Source of the DNA: a virus
Length of the DNA: 64,000 bases
Virus record (IMG/VR): IMGVR_UViG_3300021185_001730
Coordinates: 5,531-69,530 of that record
Strand: one strand, 5' to 3'
Part shown: positions 11,701 through 18,835 of the stretch, piece after piece
Layout: the number at the start of each line of letters is the position of its first letter
Position numbering within the stretch: position 1 is the stretch's first letter
The notes under the pieces: model-generated
Seen by the model: the letters and a program-made list of their open reading frames with translations, nothing else
Told to the model about the DNA's origin: nothing
Databases searched by the model: none
Translations under genes and position numbers: made by a program

Positions 11701-12199
11701 TATAGAATATCAATTAGAGACATATATATACAAAGGTGAGCCTGAGTATAATATGTGTGGTGGTGATAAATATGAAGATTTACTATTTAACTTTGATAAG
11801 GCTATTATTTATAATAATGATCAGGTGTCAGGTTTATTAAATATTACTTCACAACCATTTAATAATCCATGGGGTGAATTGACATATCCTATAGTAACTG
11901 CTAATGATATGACAGTGTTAGCATCTAAAGTAGAACATAAATTTAGAATAAACCAATTTTGGGATATTACTAATGACAGAGGTGAGTTTACTAATTCTGA
12001 GCAATCTGTTTTTAACACTCAATGCAATGGGTATACTAGACCACTAAACCAAACAAATCTTAATTACTTTAAACCTGAAACTCAAAGAAAAAAGTTTAGA
12101 CATTATTCTAATCATGTTTTACTTAGAAGACAAGTATCAGGAAATAAAAAAATGCTATTAAGATTAGAGAATACTAAATTATTATTATCACAGAGATAG
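5714..12199 (+). CDS. Tail stabilization (muzzle, P22 gp10-like) protein with inserted vWA domain
   Basis: N-terminal 'NTFSKGMNKD', 'VYWDDGLNPSRSMNID', 'GFMRDEQYAF', C-terminal 'WTISYD...WISFHDWHP'; 2161 aa. Start may be 5720. Confidence 0.75.
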   Translation: MVMAKKKATSKSKAPTQRKAPQSKSSSSVSTNTFSKGMNKDITPSFEPNNSWYHAINAANNSSDGDIGVIGNEPANLQCGVIPYTIIGAIHRYADEWVVYSTDGISSEIGRFDDSECKYEVIVNDPCLNFKKKHLITGAAKENFDCTWQVYWDDGLNPSRSMNIDNVPYIQELVSGPDLDGEPCVIYQDSPFLDCEKIRLHPLVDTPCLQLTKATDGGTLLNGAYQAYIAYTENDQVISDYIGISNIQTLWSHRGSGGSLDVTLSNLDKDYFYFDLVLLIRQQGQIYTKRIGNYSTEVASINVDYIDQALISISFEDLFRQSPLYEKSEAMYVVNDYLIRQGPTEQFDFNYQPLANNIRTNWVINEVSQDYYINAGNKIGFMRDEQYAFFIRWIYNTGERSSSYHIPGRGPQDYTLPNGNIENEREVIFGTNVLDPDGDPLFKVYNTASGGAVPVEPQPDGSNIIARGQMGYWESTERYPDKTPEIWNSSSHTWSNEFDPSAELCGEFIRHHKMPSEMVDPLLTISDNNDSGIRILGVEFSNIKRPLYNDGTPILNIQGYEVLRGSRLGNKTILAKGMFKNMRKYDVPADQNLLGNAQGLYPNYPYNDLRCDVYHTTHRRTEGCDNGVAGSVANYNALCGFTEDVFTFHSPDLMFTKPYLNAYETVFYGQINGKAQGGFIPSEKHPQQKLLRNITSYLSAIIGIGYAFRNINGTPDTKSLPTQAINNAFPEWLLKFKNLNINEFLTATATVPPAVLVTTDTFNASGGGTDNTGQNNTNNQKGGNAETGAHDAIDAYVTTQTASGPFNIFNFLGELFGAGVDNLLQGLGVDETLKDRLEDQAIENIQATTQGPQNGMGLMGGGAQQGVTLDSSESNLSRVFRIAMSTTMLQKNIAVGGQEIIDLIYNLTSFEEHTFKYNSHGFYSNFSAGSINATYRTLNEAANYIGSSFQTFDQNQYKINNLFRPNTVAISTVDPIDSNLYAVQDTSRFTLGGYCPSNSNAASGVNWGNANERLLNPEGPWGSNISALYGALKFNMDNQYGQLDGIKQVQMRGCVNNLDQTNPVDFKYTSSAVFSGDVFIGRYTEKCIMPLFTDFLIGQYDGYPFDYFLRYNIPYPRYWVNSRKYDLGSLAELVSTFGLSAVFTPNSNDLPNDYYYLDRGNTCGWDFFPLSLFNGDSLNYTFAMNHAYMYTHVNGINDFYVETEINIAYRDWEEPKERRFYDTYEYNDLGDLFHAEIQKFDNFYKYDESLSPSKFITQNTNFAEIQPRDYNPLVAETCYTAYPKRLIYSLQANEEDRKDYWRQYLFANYKDFKNIVSVIKPFNKNGAVIFFPYQSPQMFDGSFQLKTDVNTLVSVGDGALFKQKLMNIVNSDLSNEYGSLESQRGIINTPAGLFYISQAQGKIFQFTPGKGLNAISNQGMKWWFNKYLPSRFIKQFPQSEGTEWVDNPVVGVGCQVMYDPNDDIVYFMKKDFSLKSEWADKATFFDDLSLPVRIDVPWQVKDIPVAIGDPIFFDDCSWTISYDVKANAWISFHDWHPEFALPSINHFFTTKTIDSEIPICPPGYTFNSTTGECENIINITEPQTVTVDDIPATVTGGPQDCLIDIVVCMDASGSTGTPLPNTNSLADAELTWLVAFIDDPAIQAGLTNGTIQIGFQVWAVGTAIGNPTGTGESMLSSVTGAQARTWYQNNWTNTPPGPNNIGGGTNPQAARTDGLIQLNNKAGSALAANYPARSADPNFRQVLIGVTDGTAIFNGQDPLTPTSFSQLQSANLIPGSGGPLNQELLAVFVGPNNANVGNSTIIDQWTVGPTGSGVGPASAYYGATGANVPGPGQFTMAANNPASLTQTANAIAADICSIPYDCSCPSGYTLIYPDLGGTGFYTQQTGTCDDINPPICRKVECPDCPPGPVNTVTTALGTCPDTFPELGYIGDPNWVDPTPPQCNYYYADFVQANYKVGSFWRHNVRCDLFANYYGDSYAWEVELINNTGQQVNTIRSIEYQLETYIYKGEPEYNMCGGDKYEDLLFNFDKAIIYNNDQVSGLLNITSQPFNNPWGELTYPIVTANDMTVLASKVEHKFRINQFWDITNDRGEFTNSEQSVFNTQCNGYTRPLNQTNLNYFKPETQRKKFRHYSNHVLLRRQVSGNKKMLLRLENTKLLLSQR

Positions 12200-12200
12200 C

Positions 12201-15200
12201 ATGGGAAAGAAAAAAAGCATAGGATTACCGGGTGGACCAAATGAGTTTTTGCAAGATATAACACAATATATATCAGTAGAAGGTTATAAACGTTATAGTG
12301 ATGATATAAATAATCCTTTTAATATTATTGACTCAGGTAATATAACTATGGAGGGTGTAGATTTTCCTGTACATGGTATTGATAATTTAGGAAATGAGCA
12401 AATCATGTTCCCTGAGAACAATTATCAGTTTCCAGGTGATATGGTAATGGAAACTCCAATGCTAGCAAAGAGTGGAAGAGAAATACCATTAGCACAAGCT
12501 GGTGGAGAAAGTTGGTATAATGATTGGAAGACATTTGAGAAATCAAATATAGGTAAATTTATAGATGCAAAAGGTTTAAAAAAAGAAAAGAATTTTTGGA
12601 TGGAGCAATTTGGTTATGAGCCAGATAAGGAAGAGAAAGATGCAATATTAGATGCTGCTGCCATATTTAATCCTATTCCTGATTTTGTACATGCATTATC
12701 AAAAGCTAAAGAAGATAAATATACAGATGCAGCATTATATGCAGCATTTGGATTAATACCTTTTACTGCTGCACCATTAGTAAGGGGTGCTAAAGAAATA
12801 CTTAAGAAAGGTAAAAAGGCTGTACTTGAATCATTTACAAATTTAACTGATCCAAATATTTTACCTAAACCTTCAGCTACACCTTTACCTAAACAAATAG
12901 GATTTAATCAAAAAGGACAAGTTATTCCTCAGCAACATATGGTAAATACTAACCGTGGAGAATTTGCTCTCACTGATGCACTTGATGAGATATATAGTGG
13001 TAATCCAATGTGGTTTGCACCGGTAGGAGATACTAGATATTTTGACAACTCATTAGGTGCATATGGAAAGATTGATGAGGGTATACCTTTTATTCCTGGT
13101 CAAGGCCGTCCTATAATTAGAACAATAAACAATGAGGTAGGAAATACTGGTAAGGTAGGGTTTAATGAATTTCCATTAACAGAAGCAGAAAAAGCAACAA
13201 AAATAAATAAGGGTTATAACAGCAAGCTAGTTGATGGAGAGTGGGTAATTGATTATAATGATCCTATAATGAGAACAGAGCTAATAACACGCCCTGGTCA
13301 TCAGAGTAAAATAGATGGTATATTTTCACCCGATACCAAGTTTAAAATATTTAAAAGTGATCTAAGTAAAGGTAACCATGCAATGCATCATAAATGGACT
13401 GATGCAGAACTTAAAGCTATAAGAGATGAGGGATTTGATGTTATACAACTTGTAGATGAAAACGGCAATCAAATAGAAAACATATTGCTAAATGATAGCA
13501 AATTTAAACCAACTAAGATTAATGAGATGGATGTGTTAATAGATAACCCTCCTTTTGCGTATGGAGGTCCGGTAGGTGATGGAGATCTTCCACAAGCACA
13601 GTGGGGTGCTTTAGGTAAAATGGTAAAACCATATGCAAAAAAAGGAGCTAGGTATTTAAAAGATCTATTTGAAAGTACAAATGGTTTTAAATCTCAAATA
13701 GATTGGAGTAAGTGGAATAAAGCTATTCCTGAAAACCAAAAATTATTACAAGAATATAATCTTATAGAAGAGACAGCAAAAGCAAATAAGACTTGGATGA
13801 AGAATCCTGATGGTTCTAAATTTGCAGGAACACCTGAGCAATGGGTACAACAAAGAAGTAGTAATTATAAAAAAGCTTTTGGTGACTCTAAATTAATAAA
13901 TCCAGATGGTTCACCTATGGTAGTTTATCATGGATCACCTAGAAAGTTTGATGCTTTTGATGAGTCAATGTATCAATTAGGTGACGCAGGTTATTCTGGA
14001 TCAGGGATATATACAACACCTAGTAAAACAACCGCAGAGAGTTATACAATATCTGGCAAAAGATTTCATGATGGGGAAATTGAACCTACTCTTTATGAAT
14101 TATATGGAAGAGGGAATAATCCTATAACGTCAAAAGAATTAATAGATAACTCTGGAGGAGATATAGGGTTTGGTAAAGTTGGAGAATTAATTGATAAAAA
14201 TTTACCTACAAGTCTTTTTAATTTTCATAGAAAAGGAGCTCCAAGAGTAGATCAGCTTTTACAATATGATGTTGCAATAAAAAATCAAAATAGAGGTATA
14301 AGTAATATTAGGCCAATTCAAGATGCTTGGGAAATTGTTTTTCCATCTAATAAACAATTAAAATCATCAATAGGTAATAATGGTATGTTTGATATGACTG
14401 ACCCCAATATATATAAACAATTTGGTGGACCTGCTGGAATTATAAACTCTATACGTAAACTTGCAACAGATGATGATTATAAATGGACAGATGCATTATA
14501 TGATAATACTTTAGCTCCGTTATCAAATGCTCTTGATGTATTAAGTGTACCAGGTGCATTAGTAGCTGAAGCAGGAGAATATTTTGGAGAACGTGGGGAT
14601 AAAGAATTTAATTTTACAGATGCAATGCCTGCACTCAAAGGTGATTATTCATTCAAAAATATAAATGATGGAGATATGAAAACTCTATCAGGAATAGTAG
14701 ATGATGACGGAAATCCACTTGTAGAAAATCCATGGGGTGCATTTGCTTTAGATGTGCTTACTGATCCAAGTACTTATGTTGGAGTAGGTGCGGTTAAATC
14801 TTTATTGAAACCAGGTGTAAAAGCATCTGTACCAATAGTTAAAAATATAGCAAAATCTACAGATGATATAGTTAAAGCAACAGCAGATGATATGGTGGAA
14901 GTATTTACTTCAAATGGTACTAAGAAACTTTTACCAAAATCTAAAGCAGTAAGATTAAATAGAATTGAGGATGCAAATGTAAATAATAAATCATTTGGAA
15001 ACTATGAAGACGGTAATTGGTTTAGTGATTCAGTTAGACCTTTCTATTTAAATAATGCAAAGAATACTTTGAAAGGTGGTAGACTAAAATCTGCAGATCC
15101 AAAAAGACTTATATCTGTATATTTAGATCCTGCAGATGCAAAGTTATTTGATATTACACAAGGAGGTACAGAAAGAGCTTTAAATATGAGTGGTGGTACA

Positions 15201-16169
15201 GGTAATCTTCCTGTAAAAGGAGAATATGTTTTACCACCTGAGTTAGTTAAATTTATGAGAGATGGTATAACTGGTCCAGGGTATAACAGTATGATAGGTA
15301 ATTCAGAAAGTATTATGAAAAACCTAAATAAATTTTATAAAAGACTTGGAGGTAGCTTTCAAGATGGGACAGAAATACCAGATCAAACTGGTTTAGAAAA
15401 ATACCAAGACAAAGGAGAAGTAGAAAAAAACTTAGATGCTTTAAACAAACAGTTGGCTAAAAAGACATATAACCCATATAGAGATATAGATGAAATATCT
15501 CAAAAAAGAAGAACTGAACTTACTGATGCAATTAATTTTATAGTAGATAACCAAGGAGGAGATGAAAACTTAAGAGATTTGTTAATTATGACTGCTTTTA
15601 TGGAAAATTCTTATGGGGCTAATGCAGATGCTTATGGTAGAGATTATACAAGAGGTCCTATGTCAATAGATGATATAGCTTATAAACATATGTTTGAAAT
15701 TAGAAAAGGTGCAAATGATTATACTTCAAGTCAAAAAAAATATATAGACTGGTTTGACAGTATGGGTTATGACCTAGATAATATGGATGACTATTTACGT
15801 AATGATGTAAGAGCAAATGTTGCTGCATCAAGGTATCAATATGGAACAAATAAAAACCCATTGCCATCTAGTAAAGATCCTAAAGCATTGTATAATTACT
15901 ATATGGATACATATAACAGAACAGATGAGAATCATTATGATAGATTTTTAAAAGGTTATAATGAATTTATAGGCAAAAAAGAATTTGGTGGATCAGTTAA
16001 TAAATACCTTACTTACAAAAAGTTTATGAATGGTGGTTATACAGGTAATGATAAAATAGAAGCAGAAAAAATTTATGATAAATTAAATAGAATGCACTAT
16101 AGAGATGCAAAACAAAGAGGATTGTCACCGCAGAATTACATAATGACTAACCTCCTAGGCAATTCTTAA
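12201..16169 (+). CDS. Modular virion cargo polyprotein with ADP-ribosyltransferase-like and lysozyme-like modules
   Basis: 'PMVVYHGS..FDAFD...GSGIYTTPSKTTAESY' (ART-PolyVal-like); C-terminal 'LLIMTAFMENSYG...GPMSID...YYMDTYN' (lysozyme-like); modules separated by xxGG motifs. Confidence 0.55.
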   Translation: MGKKKSIGLPGGPNEFLQDITQYISVEGYKRYSDDINNPFNIIDSGNITMEGVDFPVHGIDNLGNEQIMFPENNYQFPGDMVMETPMLAKSGREIPLAQAGGESWYNDWKTFEKSNIGKFIDAKGLKKEKNFWMEQFGYEPDKEEKDAILDAAAIFNPIPDFVHALSKAKEDKYTDAALYAAFGLIPFTAAPLVRGAKEILKKGKKAVLESFTNLTDPNILPKPSATPLPKQIGFNQKGQVIPQQHMVNTNRGEFALTDALDEIYSGNPMWFAPVGDTRYFDNSLGAYGKIDEGIPFIPGQGRPIIRTINNEVGNTGKVGFNEFPLTEAEKATKINKGYNSKLVDGEWVIDYNDPIMRTELITRPGHQSKIDGIFSPDTKFKIFKSDLSKGNHAMHHKWTDAELKAIRDEGFDVIQLVDENGNQIENILLNDSKFKPTKINEMDVLIDNPPFAYGGPVGDGDLPQAQWGALGKMVKPYAKKGARYLKDLFESTNGFKSQIDWSKWNKAIPENQKLLQEYNLIEETAKANKTWMKNPDGSKFAGTPEQWVQQRSSNYKKAFGDSKLINPDGSPMVVYHGSPRKFDAFDESMYQLGDAGYSGSGIYTTPSKTTAESYTISGKRFHDGEIEPTLYELYGRGNNPITSKELIDNSGGDIGFGKVGELIDKNLPTSLFNFHRKGAPRVDQLLQYDVAIKNQNRGISNIRPIQDAWEIVFPSNKQLKSSIGNNGMFDMTDPNIYKQFGGPAGIINSIRKLATDDDYKWTDALYDNTLAPLSNALDVLSVPGALVAEAGEYFGERGDKEFNFTDAMPALKGDYSFKNINDGDMKTLSGIVDDDGNPLVENPWGAFALDVLTDPSTYVGVGAVKSLLKPGVKASVPIVKNIAKSTDDIVKATADDMVEVFTSNGTKKLLPKSKAVRLNRIEDANVNNKSFGNYEDGNWFSDSVRPFYLNNAKNTLKGGRLKSADPKRLISVYLDPADAKLFDITQGGTERALNMSGGTGNLPVKGEYVLPPELVKFMRDGITGPGYNSMIGNSESIMKNLNKFYKRLGGSFQDGTEIPDQTGLEKYQDKGEVEKNLDALNKQLAKKTYNPYRDIDEISQKRRTELTDAINFIVDNQGGDENLRDLLIMTAFMENSYGANADAYGRDYTRGPMSIDDIAYKHMFEIRKGANDYTSSQKKYIDWFDSMGYDLDNMDDYLRNDVRANVAASRYQYGTNKNPLPSSKDPKALYNYYMDTYNRTDENHYDRFLKGYNEFIGKKEFGGSVNKYLTYKKFMNGGYTGNDKIEAEKIYDKLNRMHYRDAKQRGLSPQNYIMTNLLGNS

Positions 16170-16199
16170 ACCTAATAAATTAGTGATTCTGAGTAATTA

Positions 16200-16218
16200 T
16201 TTGTATATTAATATTATA
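16200..16218 (+). promoter_or_regulatory. Putative phage late promoter TTTGTATATTA-N4-TATA
   Basis: Exact core match to 48553 and 48628; ends 5 nt before the ATG at 16224. Confidence 0.55.
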
Positions 16219-16223
16219 ATATT

Positions 16224-18833
16224 ATGAGTGTGAAAGCAAACAAAATAAGTTTAAAACAAGAGGGAGGATCAATGATTCAAGAAGGTCCTGGTATGATAAA
16301 TACACCTCAACAACCTCAGGTTGATCCTAAAGTAATGCAAATTACTCAATTGATTAAACAAGGAGTTGATGAAGGTAAGGATCTTGTCATGATTATTAAG
16401 AGTTTAATGTCTCAAGAACTTGAGCAAGAACTTATTGGTCAAGCACTTATGATGGGTGGTATGGAACAAGAAGATATTGTAACAATATTTGAAACAGTAA
16501 ATACTCCACCTGAACCATCTTCACCTCAAGAAGTTGACAGAGACCCACAACTCTTAGCTAGAAATAAAGATATAGCTAAAAGAGAAAGAGAGGCTGCAGC
16601 AAATGCACAATCTCAAGAACAGGAAGTAGACATTTCAGAGCAGGTAAGAACAATGGCTAAATCTGGTATAGAAATTAAACCAGAGAATGAAGGTAAGTTT
16701 ACAGCATGGGCAAAGAAACGTGGTATGGGTGTACAGGAAGCTGCTAGAAAGGTTTTAGCTAATAAAGCTAAGTATCCCCCATCTGTAGTTAAGATGGCTA
16801 ATTTTGCACGTAATGCAGCTAAATGGAAAAAAGAAGAGGGTGGTGAGCAAGAAGAGTTTAAACCACACTTCATGTATAAAGGAGATAGAAAAATAAAAGC
16901 TAATGATATGGCTACTCATCTTAGACTTAAAGATGCAGGGTATGGTCATGATGCTCCTAAAGCAGAACAAGGAAAAGAAACTGGACAATATATTAATGGT
17001 GTTTTTATTCCTGATGAATCTAATATGGATAAAAACACATTAGCAAATAATTTGAGAAGACCTAAGAATGAATATATGTCTAATCAAAATTATGCTGTTG
17101 CACCACTTATGCCACCACCGTCAACAAATATTTTAGCTGATTTTATAAATACATTTTCTACAGTAAATAATGAATTATTTTCTAATGAGGTAGATGACTA
17201 TGGTAACCGCAAAGGTGCTCTCCTTGATATAAATAAAAGAGGAGAAGGAGTAAACCTTTTTGGTAAACAAATTCTTAAAGGTAATCCAGATCCAGATGCA
17301 GGTTCTGGCATGTCTAAAATGGAAATGCATGAGGCTTTAAAACCTTTATATTATAACGTTGAAGTAGATACATCAAAAATGTCATCTCCAGAAAACCAGC
17401 AAGCATATGCTGACTGGGCAGTGCAGCAAGCCAAGGAATGGGATATGGATAAGCAGAGACAACTTGATGAACAAGCTCAAGTTATTTCAGATGTTTCAGG
17501 TGTACCAATTGAAGAAGATAAAAGAACATTTTCAGAATGGGCACAAGACGCAGGACATGACATTAGCAAGATGTCAGAAAATGCTGTAAACCTATTACAA
17601 AACCTATGGAAAAAAACTACAGGTAAAATGCAAAAAGGTGGGGGTGTTAATAATCCAGGATTTAAAGCATTGCCGCCAGAAGCACAACACAACATACTTA
17701 GCAATATGTCTACTGGTGGAGATGGACCAAGTAAAAAAGAGGTTAAAGAGTATTCTAAAGTTTGGGGTACAAATAAAAGAGACACTAAAGATATTATAAG
17801 AACATTAATACAAAACGGATATAACTCAGAAACAGATACAATTATATCAAGTTATCATCCTTCTATGCCTATAGGAGATCAGCGTCATGGTCAAAGAATG
17901 CATAACCTTGCTACAAATGTTAATTCATCAGGTCTTTTACCTTTTATGCATTCATCAAGTCCTAATTTTGCAGGTAACCTAGGTGCTACGTATCCATTTG
18001 TTGATGCAACAGGTTATGGTTCATACTTAGCAGTACCAGAAATGAATGAAGGTGGTGAGGATTCTTATCTTGCAAATAGAGATAGAGTTATTAAAAGAGC
18101 TATAGCAAGACAAGAAGGTAAAGCACAAACAGGTATAGAACAAAAGTTTCCAATGGGTCCTTTTCAAGAGCCGGGCCCTTATCAAACATATCCATTTATA
18201 ACAGAAGATTATAGCAACATAGATCAAGCTAATCAAGTATTTGGTGAAGATGGAGTTGTAGTAACTCCTAATGACTATGATAAAGATGAAGATAAAATTC
18301 CTGATACAATAGATGTAGATGGAGGAGATGGTACAGGAAGAGCGTCTCTTGGTACAATTGATAATCCATCAGCTGATATGTTGTTTAAAAATGTAGTAAC
18401 TAGTCCAGACTTTAATGTTACAAATAAGCTTGAAGGTACTTTAGATAGAATTAATGATAACCCAAACTTTAGAGCTGCTACAAGTGTTTCTAAATCTCTT
18501 GTAGATGTTGCAAAATTTGCTAACAATATATTTGATAAAAGAGCATATAATGATGCATTAGATCAAATGGAAGAAAGATCTGGTGCTGATTATAAATATG
18601 CTGTAACAACTTCTGGTCCTTTTTCTGAAGGTTTTTATGATGCTAACTCAGGACAATTACAAGGTGAGGCAGAAAGAACACCTGGTTACTATATGAACTT
18701 TGCAGGTTCCCCAAATACATATGGTACGGCACAAGATGGTTTAGAAATGGAAACAGGCGGAGAAGTAGTAGAGTTATCACAAGATATGATTGCACAATTA
18801 ATTGCAGCTGGTGCTGACATAGAAATAATATAA
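16224..18833 (+). CDS. Putative virion cargo protein with many xxGG / AQxG motifs
   Basis: Acidic, low-complexity linkers; motifs KQEGG, KEEGG, MQKGG, MSTGG, MNEGG, METGG, AQTG, AQDG; located in the ejected-protein block. Confidence 0.55.
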   Translation: MSVKANKISLKQEGGSMIQEGPGMINTPQQPQVDPKVMQITQLIKQGVDEGKDLVMIIKSLMSQELEQELIGQALMMGGMEQEDIVTIFETVNTPPEPSSPQEVDRDPQLLARNKDIAKREREAAANAQSQEQEVDISEQVRTMAKSGIEIKPENEGKFTAWAKKRGMGVQEAARKVLANKAKYPPSVVKMANFARNAAKWKKEEGGEQEEFKPHFMYKGDRKIKANDMATHLRLKDAGYGHDAPKAEQGKETGQYINGVFIPDESNMDKNTLANNLRRPKNEYMSNQNYAVAPLMPPPSTNILADFINTFSTVNNELFSNEVDDYGNRKGALLDINKRGEGVNLFGKQILKGNPDPDAGSGMSKMEMHEALKPLYYNVEVDTSKMSSPENQQAYADWAVQQAKEWDMDKQRQLDEQAQVISDVSGVPIEEDKRTFSEWAQDAGHDISKMSENAVNLLQNLWKKTTGKMQKGGGVNNPGFKALPPEAQHNILSNMSTGGDGPSKKEVKEYSKVWGTNKRDTKDIIRTLIQNGYNSETDTIISSYHPSMPIGDQRHGQRMHNLATNVNSSGLLPFMHSSSPNFAGNLGATYPFVDATGYGSYLAVPEMNEGGEDSYLANRDRVIKRAIARQEGKAQTGIEQKFPMGPFQEPGPYQTYPFITEDYSNIDQANQVFGEDGVVVTPNDYDKDEDKIPDTIDVDGGDGTGRASLGTIDNPSADMLFKNVVTSPDFNVTNKLEGTLDRINDNPNFRAATSVSKSLVDVAKFANNIFDKRAYNDALDQMEERSGADYKYAVTTSGPFSEGFYDANSGQLQGEAERTPGYYMNFAGSPNTYGTAQDGLEMETGGEVVELSQDMIAQLIAAGADIEII

Positions 18834-18835
18834 TT

